64,000 nucleotides of DNA, taken from positions 256,001-320,000 of the forward strand of contig CAWCIZ010000001.1 in assembly GCA_963795855.1 (NCBI GenBank), written 5' to 3'. This document shows positions 56,013 to 64,000 of the stretch, one piece after another. The DNA comes from Vulcanimicrobiota bacterium. Its GTDB lineage: Bacteria > Vulcanimicrobiota > Vulcanimicrobiia > Vulcanimicrobiales > Vulcanimicrobiaceae. Within the stretch, counting starts at the first letter, position 1; the number at the start of each line of letters is the position of its first letter. The notes under the pieces were generated by a model. The model saw nothing but the letters and a program-made list of their open reading frames with translations. It searched no databases and was not told the origin of the DNA. The translations under genes were made by a program, and so were the position numbers.

Positions 56013-57269
56013 ATGAGAAGCCCGGTATCGCTTATGCGAGACCGCAATTTTCTGTTGTTGTGGTCCGGTCAGTTCGTCAGCGATTTCGGCAGTCAGCTCT
56101 CCATCTTTGCACTGCCTGTAGTCGCCATTTTAGTACTCCACGCTACCGCGCTCCAAGTTGCGACGCTGCAAAGCGTCGAGTTCGCGACGATTTCGGTCGT
56201 TGCGATAATCGCCGGCGCCCTAGCGGATCGCCACCGGCGCAAGTACGTCATGATGGTGACGAACGCAATCCGGCTTATCACCATGCTCACGGTTCCGCTC
56301 GCGTACGGCTTAGGCAAACTCACGCTCGCGCAACTGTTCGTCTGCGCGATCGTTGCGAGTGCAGCATCCGTGATGTTCGACGTAGCGTATCAAGCCCTGG
56401 TTCCTTCGCTCGTTGGACGGGAGCGTCTCGCCGACGGGAATGCCAAGCTTTCTATGAGCGGATCCGTGGCGGAGGCGATTGGGCAATCGACGGGCGGGGC
56501 GCTGGTGCAAATCCTCGGTGCGCCGTTTGCGATGCTCGCCGACGCCATGACGTTCGTGATCTCGCTCACGACGCTCTGGCGCATGCGGCACGACGAGCCG
56601 AAACTCGCGGCGCAACCTGCGGCGGATGCCGGCGACCATTCACTGCGCGCGTTCGCGAACGAGACGCTCGCGGGTTTTCGTGAGATCTATGAAAAGCCGG
56701 CGCTACGCATGGTCGCGCTGATGACGGCTACGAACTATCTGGGCGGGTCCATCGTCACCGCGATCTTGCCGGTACTGATCTACCGGCAGCTCCATTTATC
56801 GGCGGAGGCCGTGGGCATCATCATGGGCCTCGCCAACGTGGGGATGATCGGCGCCTTTACGGCCAAACCGCTGCAAAAGCTCTTTGGGGAGCGCGGTGCG
56901 CTGGGCAGCGCGGTGCTCATTTCCGGCGTCGGCAAGCTGCTGTACCTGGCGGCGAATCTTTCACCGCTGGGCGCGATCTTGTTCGGCCGTCTGCTCATCA
57001 CGTTTGCGGGACCGATGTACGACGTGACTCAGCAAACGTATCGTGTTGCGTTCATCGACGAGCCGCTCATGGGCCGCGTCGCGGCGGCCTTTCGCGCCGT
57101 CACCTGGGCGACGCTTCCGATTGGGTCGCTGGCGGGCGGCATTCTCGCCACGACGTGCGGCGTGCAGCACGCAATCTTTGTCGGAAGCACGATCTCGTTC
57201 TGTGCCATTTTGTGGCTCGGAACGCGGGTGCACTCCAGAGCCGAAGGGCGCCTCGCCGCTGCCGCATAG
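56013..57269 (+). CDS. MFS transporter
   Basis: RNFLLLWSGQFVSDFG, ADRHRRK, MGRV. Confidence 0.88.
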   Translation: MRSPVSLMRDRNFLLLWSGQFVSDFGSQLSIFALPVVAILVLHATALQVATLQSVEFATISVVAIIAGALADRHRRKYVMMVTNAIRLITMLTVPLAYGLGKLTLAQLFVCAIVASAASVMFDVAYQALVPSLVGRERLADGNAKLSMSGSVAEAIGQSTGGALVQILGAPFAMLADAMTFVISLTTLWRMRHDEPKLAAQPAADAGDHSLRAFANETLAGFREIYEKPALRMVALMTATNYLGGSIVTAILPVLIYRQLHLSAEAVGIIMGLANVGMIGAFTAKPLQKLFGERGALGSAVLISGVGKLLYLAANLSPLGAILFGRLLITFAGPMYDVTQQTYRVAFIDEPLMGRVAAAFRAVTWATLPIGSLAGGILATTCGVQHAIFVGSTISFCAILWLGTRVHSRAEGRLAAAA

Positions 57270-57318
57270 GCTGGAGAATGCAGGCGCGTAAGACGCAAGG
57301 CGACGAACTCCGCCGTTC

Positions 57319-58254
57319 GTGACCTCAAAAAACATGCTTCTCGCGAATCCCCGCGGCTTTTGCGCCGGCGTCGACCGGGCCATCGCCGTGGTCGATCAGC
57401 TGCTCGACCAGCACGGCGGGCCGATCTACGTGCGAAAAGAAATCGTGCACAATCGGCAAGTCGTGGAACGGCTGCGCGCGCGGGGCGCGATTTTCGTGGA
57501 AGAAGTCGACGAGGCGCCCGAAGGTGCGATTCTGGTGTTCAGCGCGCACGGCATCTCGCCGGAGGTGCGGCGCAAAGCTGCCGAGCGGCGCCTGCGCGTG
57601 GTCGACGCGACGTGTCCGCTCGTTTCAAAGGTGCATTACGAGGCGACGAAGTTCGCGAAGGCCGGGCTGCACGTGCTGCTGATCGGGCATGCGGAGCACG
57701 ACGAGGTCATCGGCACGATGGGTGAGATTCCCGGGCAGATTTCGCTGGTTGAAGACGTTGCCGCCGTAGAACACGTCACCGTGCCCGATCCGGACCGCGT
57801 CGCGGTTATCACGCAAACGACGCTGAGTGTCGATGAAACGCGCGACATCATGGATGCGGTGCGGCGCAAATTTCCGAATGTTCGCACCCCTGCGCGCGAC
57901 GATATCTGCTACGCGACGCAGAACCGGCAGGACGCGGTGCGCGATCTCGCCCGTCAATCGGACGTCGTCATCGTCGTCGGATCGCAGAACAGTTCGAATT
58001 CGCTTCGCCTGCGCGAACTTGCCGAGCAACTCGGCCCGAAGGCGTACTTAGTCGATCGCGCCGATCAAGTGCAGCGCGCTTGGTTGGAGGGTGCGCAACG
58101 CGTGGGCGTCACATCGGGTGCGTCGTCTCCGGAAGATTTGACGCAAGCCATCGTAACGCGTTTGCGTGAATTCGGCGCGTTCGAGATTACCGAGTTCGGC
58201 GAACCCGAGCCCGAAATAATCTTCACGATGCCGCGCGAGATTTCACTGATCTAA
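57319..58254 (+). CDS. ispH: 4-hydroxy-3-methylbut-2-enyl diphosphate reductase
   Basis: PRGFCAGV, IVHN, SAHG, DATCPLV, QTT, DICYATQNRQ, NSSNS, GASSP. Confidence 0.97.
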   Translation: MTSKNMLLANPRGFCAGVDRAIAVVDQLLDQHGGPIYVRKEIVHNRQVVERLRARGAIFVEEVDEAPEGAILVFSAHGISPEVRRKAAERRLRVVDATCPLVSKVHYEATKFAKAGLHVLLIGHAEHDEVIGTMGEIPGQISLVEDVAAVEHVTVPDPDRVAVITQTTLSVDETRDIMDAVRRKFPNVRTPARDDICYATQNRQDAVRDLARQSDVVIVVGSQNSSNSLRLRELAEQLGPKAYLVDRADQVQRAWLEGAQRVGVTSGASSPEDLTQAIVTRLREFGAFEITEFGEPEPEIIFTMPREISLI

Positions 58255-58305
58255 CCGTCCGAAAGCCCGGCTACTTTCGCGGCCGCTTGCGGGAATAAGC
58301 GCGCC

Positions 58306-59475
58306 ATGAAAGCAGTCGTTTTTCATGGCTCCGGCGACATCCGGTTTGAGGACGTCAACCGCCCGAAGATCTTGCACGACAACGATGCCGTCATCGAAAC
58401 GACGGCCAGCGCCATTTGCGGCACGGATCTGCACTTCATCCGCGGTTCGATGCCGCCGCTGAAGAAAGGCAAAATTCTCGGCCACGAGGCCGTCGGCATC
58501 GTGCGCGAAACCGGAAAGAACGCGCGCAATCTGCGGGAAGGCGATCGCGTCGTGGTTGGTTCGACAATCGCGTGCGGGTATTGCAGCTATTGCCGAGACT
58601 CGTACTATTCCAAGTGCGACAACGCGAACCCGAACGGTCCCGAACACACGGCGTTCTTCGGCGGACCGGAAGAAGCCGGGCCGTTCGAGGGACTGCAAGC
58701 GGAGTTTGCGCGTATTCCGTTCGCGAACGTCGGGGCCGTCAAATTACCTGACGACGTCAGCGACGACGACGCGATCTTGCTCTCCGACATCCTGCCGACG
58801 GCGTATTTTGCAGCGGACATGGCAAGCATCAAGCCGGGGCATAGCGTTGCCGTGCTCGGATGCGGCCCGGTAGGACAGATGGCGATCGCGTGCGCGAAAC
58901 TCTACGACGCGGGGCGCATCTTCGCCGTCGACGCGGAGCCGTCTCGCATGGAGGTCGCACGCAAACAAGGCGCGGAAGTCGTGGACTTTTCGAAAGAAGA
59001 GCCGACGAACGTGATCAAGGAACTGACCGGAGGTATCGGCGTCGATGCGGTGATCGACGCGGTCGGCGTCGACGCGTACAAGAAAGCTCATCCGCCCAAG
59101 CAATGGGCAAAAGGCGATGCGCCGGAGATGCCGCTTGCCGGTGCGATCGAGATGGTCGCGAAAGCGGGCCACATTTCGATCGTCGGGCTCTATCCCGCCG
59201 GATTCAATCAAATCGATTTGGGCAAAGCGTTCGGGAAGAACCTCACGATTCGGATGGGCGATTGCCCACACCGCCGGTACCTGCCCAAACTGGTGCGCAT
59301 GGTTGCCGCGGGGCTGCTGCGCCCGTCGAACATTCTTACCAAACGGCTGGCGTTCAGCGATGCGATCGAGGCGTACAAAGCGTTCGATTCGCACGCCGAA
59401 GGCTGGCTCAAAGTCGAACTCGTTCCGTCCGCGACGCGCAAGACGGCCGAAAAGGGCGAACTCGTTACCGCCTAG
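58306..59475 (+). CDS. Zinc-dependent alcohol/formaldehyde dehydrogenase family protein
   Basis: ICGTDLH, GHE, CGYCSYC...C, LSDILPT, GCGPVG. Confidence 0.93.
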   Translation: MKAVVFHGSGDIRFEDVNRPKILHDNDAVIETTASAICGTDLHFIRGSMPPLKKGKILGHEAVGIVRETGKNARNLREGDRVVVGSTIACGYCSYCRDSYYSKCDNANPNGPEHTAFFGGPEEAGPFEGLQAEFARIPFANVGAVKLPDDVSDDDAILLSDILPTAYFAADMASIKPGHSVAVLGCGPVGQMAIACAKLYDAGRIFAVDAEPSRMEVARKQGAEVVDFSKEEPTNVIKELTGGIGVDAVIDAVGVDAYKKAHPPKQWAKGDAPEMPLAGAIEMVAKAGHISIVGLYPAGFNQIDLGKAFGKNLTIRMGDCPHRRYLPKLVRMVAAGLLRPSNILTKRLAFSDAIEAYKAFDSHAEGWLKVELVPSATRKTAEKGELVTA

Positions 59476-59535
59476 GCGTGCACATGGTGGGGCGGCGCGC
59501 TTTCGCCGCCCTTGCATGCGTTTACTCAGCGTTGA

Positions 59536-59988
59536 TTAGGTTGAAAACGATTGCAGCGGAACAGCGGTACAACTGCTGCCGTTGTACTCCTGCAACCGCA
59601 CCGTCCACGTCATTCCAGCGGGCAATTGACTGAACGACGAGGCGTAGTAGAAATCGGATCCATAAGGCGTAAAGCCGTTACCCGGAACCAAACTCAAATT
59701 GCTTCCCGTAATCGTGTTGCCGTTCTGATCCGTCAGGGTCAGATTCCAGTTGCTATACGTGCTGTAAAGCGTATTATTGTTGCTGTTGGCCACAATCATG
59801 ACGCGTCCGATAGTGGTCGAAACGCCGGTTTGCCCGGCGGTAGGACTCGCGAGTTCCACTTGCGTGCCCGGATTGCACTGCGGCGTCGGATTCAAGCCGC
59901 CGAGTATGCCGCCGATGCCGGAGCCGCCGCCGCACGCGGTGAGCGCCAGGACGAGTACGGCGCCAAGAGTAAGTCGAACGAATGACAT
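59536..59988 (-). CDS. Lipoprotein, Ig-like
   Basis: GGAGGG SD; lipobox LTAC; beta-rich domain with a Cys pair. Confidence 0.78.
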   Translation of the reverse strand: MSFVRLTLGAVLVLALTACGGGSGIGGILGGLNPTPQCNPGTQVELASPTAGQTGVSTTIGRVMIVANSNNNTLYSTYSNWNLTLTDQNGNTITGSNLSLVPGNGFTPYGSDFYYASSFSQLPAGMTWTVRLQEYNGSSCTAVPLQSFST

Positions 59989-60088
59989 GGTGCTGTTGTT
60001 CCCTCCGTTCGTTGAAACGCTGAGCGCGCGGCAGATATCCTGAGGGAATCCTGGGAAATCGGATGCTCGCCCGAGTAGAAGAGGAAGT

Positions 60089-60535
60089 TTGAAACGCATC
60101 GTGGTCGGATCGATGACCGACGCGCAGGCGTACCGGCCGCATGAAGGCGAGCGGTACGCCGTCTTGTCGTTCGTGGACGTCGGGGTGGAGGTTCCTCACG
60201 TCGAGCGCCGTGCAGGTTTTACGGAACGCCTCGTAATCCATGCGGACGACTGCATGCCGGACGATCCGCCCTTCAACGGCCGCCGTCTTCGCCCGCTTTC
60301 CGATGCGCAGGCGCAGCAAGTAGCGCGGTTCGTTCACGCCAATGCCGAACGGATCGACACGCTGTTCATTCACTGCCACGCCGGCATATCGCGATCGCCC
60401 GGGGCAGCAATGGCCATCGCCGAAGCGCTCGCGATCGCAGAAATCGAAATGATGAACGGCGACGAGATCGCTCCGAACGCGCACGTGCGCGAGAGCGTTC
60501 GCGCGGCATTGGAACGGCAGACCCGCGCGCGCTGA
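60089..60535 (+). CDS. Protein tyrosine phosphatase-like protein
   Basis: HCHAGISRS (CX5R) loop. Confidence 0.8.
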   Translation: MKRIVVGSMTDAQAYRPHEGERYAVLSFVDVGVEVPHVERRAGFTERLVIHADDCMPDDPPFNGRRLRPLSDAQAQQVARFVHANAERIDTLFIHCHAGISRSPGAAMAIAEALAIAEIEMMNGDEIAPNAHVRESVRAALERQTRAR

Positions 60536-60552
60536 GCGGGTACAAGCCGTTC

Positions 60553-61212
60553 GTGCACATTTTCGGCTTCAACCTCGACCACGTGCTGCAGACGTACGGG
60601 TACTGGGCCGTCTGCGGCCTCGTATTCTTGGAAACGACCGGCGTACCCGCACCCGGCGAAACGATGCTCATTGCCGCCGGCGCATATGCCGGCGCGACGC
60701 ATCATTTGTCGATCGTTCTGGTGATAGCGGCGGCCGCCGGTGCGGCCATCCTGGGAGATAATGCGGGTTTTTGGATCGGGCGCGAGGGCGGATGGCGGCT
60801 GCTGTGCCGGTACGGTCACATGGTGCACGTCAAACCGTACATGCTCAAAGTCGGCGTTTACGTGTTCCGCCTCCACGGATCCAAGATCGTGTATTTCGGA
60901 CGCTTCATTCCGGTCTTGCGAACCTGGGGCGCGCTGCTCACCGGCGTGAACCGCTATCCGTGGAACAAGTTTTTGCCGTGGAACGCATTCGGGGCGATCA
61001 GTTGGGCAACGCTTTGGGGCGTGCTCGCGTTTATGTTCGGAAAAGCGCTCGAGCACATGGAAACGTGGGCGTCGATTGCAGCAGTCGCAGTTGCGCTGTG
61101 CGTCACGGTCGTTTCGGCGTGGCTTGTCAAACGGCGAGCGGCGGAACTGCGCGAATGCGCGGAACGCGCCTTTCCGGGTGAGTTGTGCGACATCGACCGA
61201 AAAGCAGCGTAG
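60553..61212 (+). CDS. DedA family membrane protein
   Basis: ETTGVPAPGE, GDNAGFWIGR, GRFIPVLR. Confidence 0.92.
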   Translation: MHIFGFNLDHVLQTYGYWAVCGLVFLETTGVPAPGETMLIAAGAYAGATHHLSIVLVIAAAAGAAILGDNAGFWIGREGGWRLLCRYGHMVHVKPYMLKVGVYVFRLHGSKIVYFGRFIPVLRTWGALLTGVNRYPWNKFLPWNAFGAISWATLWGVLAFMFGKALEHMETWASIAAVAVALCVTVVSAWLVKRRAAELRECAERAFPGELCDIDRKAA

Positions 61213-61218
61213 CATCGG

Positions 61219-61887
61219 TCACGGCGTAATATCTTCGATCGTCCCATCCGCACAAAGCAGCACAGCTTTCTCGAAGGTATTGCGCACGAAGAGTTGCGCA
61301 TAGGCGTGCCGGTAGACGTCGGCCGGCGTAACGCCGGCGGCATCCGCGATCACCAGCCACCGATTGCCCTTGAACGCACTCCCGCGCCCGCTTCCGATCT
61401 CAACTTCGATGCCTGCGATAAGCGCTTGCGCCGCGTCCAAAACAATCTCCGGATCGGAATCGGCGTTGTGCACGAATCCCAGCAGTTTTGACGTACTCGG
61501 CAAGTCGCAATTCACGATCCGAACGTGGACGTGGTTGCCGCTCAGCGTTTCTTCGAACTCTGCTCGCGAGCGGCTGCTTAGAGCGCTGCGGATTCGCTCT
61601 CCCAAAGCGGCAACCGTTTTCGACGGCAGACGTATCGGTGCCGTGACGGTAACGAGGACGGCCTTGCCATCGGGTATCAAATCGCACATGTCATCGCGCA
61701 AGTCCGCAATAACCCGCTGCGCGACTTTATCGAAACGGATTCGGGGTTTCGCCACGCGCGCTGAAGCGGAGCTGCCGCGCGTGATGAGAGCGACATCGAT
61801 GAGAGCTCGCCTTAGCTCGAAGGCCTGCGAAAAATGCCGTGCGACGGCCTGGATTGCGGCTCGTCTTCGCGTTATCAGCGTGCCCAT
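61219..61887 (-). CDS. Hypothetical protein
   Basis: 222-aa ORF with globular composition that fills the gap between DedA and the lipoprotein. Confidence 0.6.
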   Translation of the reverse strand: MGTLITRRRAAIQAVARHFSQAFELRRALIDVALITRGSSASARVAKPRIRFDKVAQRVIADLRDDMCDLIPDGKAVLVTVTAPIRLPSKTVAALGERIRSALSSRSRAEFEETLSGNHVHVRIVNCDLPSTSKLLGFVHNADSDPEIVLDAAQALIAGIEVEIGSGRGSAFKGNRWLVIADAAGVTPADVYRHAYAQLFVRNTFEKAVLLCADGTIEDITP

Positions 61888-61958
61888 GGGTTGAGGTCCA
61901 TAGTTAGGCGCATGGTTGGCTAATCACTTGGGAACAACCGAATCGAGAGAAATCTGAA

Positions 61959-62492
61959 ATGCGCCCACGGCTACGCCTTTTCGGTACGGTTGCCGCTTCG
62001 GTGTCGCTTCTCGCCGCCTGCGGTGGGGCAGGCGCTACTCCCGCCATGTCGGTGACGGCGACGGAATCGCCGGCGCAAACGCCCGCCTCCGCCGCTACGT
62101 GTCCGCCGCCGTCGCCTGGACCGGCCCCGTTTCCGGCGTGGCTCGCATATCCGCCCAGCGGCACCACGAACGTCGCTACAACCATCGGCGAGATCATCGA
62201 AAAGGGCGCGGACGCTCCGAATGAAGGGGTGACGATCACGGTGTCATCGGCGAATGGGAGCATCGCACTGGGTATACCTATAGCGGCGCCGTCGCCGTAT
62301 CCCACGCCTTTTGCGACGCCGCCGCCCACGTTTCCATTATCGGGTTTTCCGTATCTCGCCATTCCGTTGCCGACCTTATCGCCGTCCACGACGTACACCG
62401 TGAACGATGTCTACACGGGCTGGGCGAACAACCCGCCGCAATGCAGCGCACAAGTCACGCAATTCGTCGGCACGTTCGAGACGGGTTTATAA
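61959..62492 (+). CDS. Lipoprotein, Ig-like (related to 59536-59988)
   Basis: Lipobox LAAC; Pro-rich linkers; Cys pair. Confidence 0.78.
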   Translation: MRPRLRLFGTVAASVSLLAACGGAGATPAMSVTATESPAQTPASAATCPPPSPGPAPFPAWLAYPPSGTTNVATTIGEIIEKGADAPNEGVTITVSSANGSIALGIPIAAPSPYPTPFATPPPTFPLSGFPYLAIPLPTLSPSTTYTVNDVYTGWANNPPQCSAQVTQFVGTFETGL

Positions 62493-62533
62493 GGCGCGCA
62501 ATAACGCCCTAGAAAGCTTTAGTAAGAGGCGAC

Positions 62534-62929
62534 ATGTTCAGACTAAAGATATTCGCGTTTGCCTGTATTACGTGCGTCGTGACCGCCGGCTGCGGCGGCG
62601 GTAAATCCATGACAACGCTGCCTCGGTTACCGCTTTCTCTAAAGGCTTCCGTTGACGCCGGTAATACGGTGGACGTGACCGCGCCGCACTCGCTCAACTT
62701 GCCCAATATCGGCGATTCCGGCGTCTTAACCGCGTACGAAGGGAACCAACAAGTGTCGTTCTCACTTTCGCCCGACGCCGCATGTATGGGCGTCGTCGAC
62801 ATTTCGCCCGAAGCGAACGCCATGCAGCAGACCGTCACCGCGAGTAGTTCGGGGCAATGCAACGCCACCGTCCAAGCGAGTGACGGAAGCACGGCGACGT
62901 TGGCGATATTCTCCCTACCGCCGCCCTAG
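62534..62929 (+). CDS. Small lipoprotein
   Basis: GAGG SD; lipobox TAGC; beta-rich body. Confidence 0.7.
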   Translation: MFRLKIFAFACITCVVTAGCGGGKSMTTLPRLPLSLKASVDAGNTVDVTAPHSLNLPNIGDSGVLTAYEGNQQVSFSLSPDAACMGVVDISPEANAMQQTVTASSSGQCNATVQASDGSTATLAIFSLPPP

Positions 62930-62975
62930 TGGTAAGCGAACAGCCCGACCGCGGCGCTGCAACGACGGGCAAAAA

Positions 62976-63004
62976 TAAAAAACGCCGACGAGATCGGCGT
63001 TTTT
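62976..63004. terminator. Bidirectional intrinsic terminator downstream of tRNA
   Basis: AAAAACGCCGA-CGAGA-TCGGCGTTTTT. Confidence 0.85.
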
Positions 63005-63008
63005 ACAA

Positions 63009-63083
63009 TGGTGGGCGGTAGAAGGATTGAACTTCTGACCTCTTCCGTGTCAAGGAAGCGCTCTCCCACTGAGCTAACCGCCC
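63009..63083 (-). tRNA. tRNA-Val (GAC)
   Basis: GGGCGGTTAGCTCAGTGGGAGAGCG-CTTCC-TTGACAC-GGAAG-AGGTC-AGAAG-TTCAATC-CTTCT-ACCGCCC-ACCA cloverleaf with encoded CCA. Confidence 0.97.
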
Positions 63084-63175
63084 GCGCTTTGAGAACCGGC
63101 CGAGTATAGCAAAGGACCCCGCGGCCGTCAAACGATTTGCGTCAACGGTTGCGGGGCCCTCTTTAGTGCTGCGGT

Positions 63176-63865
63176 TTATTTACGCAATGAGAACAGCGGC
63201 ACCAGTTCGCGCTGCCAGGCGCTGTTGACGATGTTGGCCGTGGCGGCGTAGAAGGCGAAGAACGATGCTGCCAGCAGGAAGTATCCGCCGAGAATGCCCA
63301 GTTCGCGCGCTGCACCCAGGAATTGGATCCCCGGGAGCGTGTAACCGGCGATAAGGCATGCCGTGATCAGCACGTACGTAACATTCAGACGCAGTGCGCC
63401 CAGCATGAGCGCGACCGAGATGTATCCCATACAGAACAGATCCACGGCGAGAAGCAGCATGTTGCTGGGAGTGCGCGGGATCAGGCCGCCGACTTGCATC
63501 CAGACGAACATTGCAACGATGACGTTGTTCGCACCGTATGCGCACATTGCTGTGCCGGCCCACGTGTTGGTGCGTGAGAGCGCGTACAGGCCGGCGATGA
63601 ATTGACCGATGCCGGCGAAGACGAGGAGCGAGGGGACAGCGGCAACGAGCGATGCGGGCATCGCGGCCCACCCGGAAAGAACCCATGCAATCACGACGGT
63701 GCCGACGCAAAAACCGAACAGCCCCATCGCGCCGGGGTCGCCGATACGTGCTTCGCTGGTGGCTTCCTGGCGCTGGACCTCGGTGCTCTCAATAATGGTT
63801 TTGACCGGTCCACCCTCTGTCCACTGCTGTTTCGGGGGACGGGTCAGGGTCGAAGAATCATTCAC
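63176..63865 (-). CDS. satP: Acetate uptake transporter (GPR1/FUN34/YaaH family)
   Basis: GDPGAMGLFGF, GIGQFIAG, NTWAGT..AYG; 6 TM helices; GAGG then GTG at 63865. Confidence 0.82.
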   Translation of the reverse strand: MNDSSTLTRPPKQQWTEGGPVKTIIESTEVQRQEATSEARIGDPGAMGLFGFCVGTVVIAWVLSGWAAMPASLVAAVPSLLVFAGIGQFIAGLYALSRTNTWAGTAMCAYGANNVIVAMFVWMQVGGLIPRTPSNMLLLAVDLFCMGYISVALMLGALRLNVTYVLITACLIAGYTLPGIQFLGAARELGILGGYFLLAASFFAFYAATANIVNSAWQRELVPLFSLRK

Positions 63866-64000
63866 GAGAACTACCTCACTTTTGATGTGCCGCGCGGCGC
63901 GACGCACGGCCTCTTAAAGTAATTCCCAGCGTCCGCACGCGTTAAATGGCGGCCGCACGCACGTTTTCGCATATTGTTTGACAATGTAAGCGAGCGCGTG

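Noticed and set aside
53616..58254. ispH-rpsA fusion/operon as in Firmicutes
   Set aside because: The genes are on opposite strands and separated by two transporters.
63009..63083. Prophage or integrative element at tRNA-Val
   Set aside because: No integrase, transposase, phage genes or att repeat were found in the window.

Overview
64 kb of high-GC bacterial chromosome. The many Pro/Ser/Thr-linker lipoproteins suggest Ca. Eremiobacterota/Vulcanimicrobiota, but this is inference only. Single-base indels are dense in 1-30.7 kb and sporadic to about 53 kb, including in thrS. They are best read as long-read or assembly errors, so split ORFs are reported as reconstructed genes with approximate boundaries. 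Contents in order: (1) an actinobacterial-type cytochrome bcc-aa3 locus (ctaF-ctaD-ctaC divergent from ctaE-qcrA-qcrB-ctaG-qcrC); (2) a catabolic operon (TPP enzyme, enolase-superfamily protein, membrane-tailed FAD/Fe-S oxidoreductase, glucose dehydrogenase-like SDR, six-hairpin glycosidase, sugar isomerase, MFS); (3) a MacAB-like exporter with an OmpR-family two-component system and two secreted low-complexity proteins; (4) a TPR/ATP-grasp protein, BNR/VPS10 and GHL15-like hydrolases, a truncated LanC-like gene, a membrane STAND ATPase and transporters; (5) thrS; (6) a signalling cluster (RHH protein, pseudo-receiver/GAF/pseudo-PP2C protein, CheB, CheB-CheR-PAS); (7) stress-type genes, an S1 paralog, ispH, paralogous lipoproteins, tRNA-Val(GAC) and satP. 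The most notable cross-window pattern is a recurring GGG(T/A)A(C/A/T/G) element, often with a GTTT-like upstream element, 9-13 nt before many start codons. It suggests a SigB/SigF-type general-stress regulon with largely leaderless mRNAs that includes the respiratory supercomplex and the S1 paralog.
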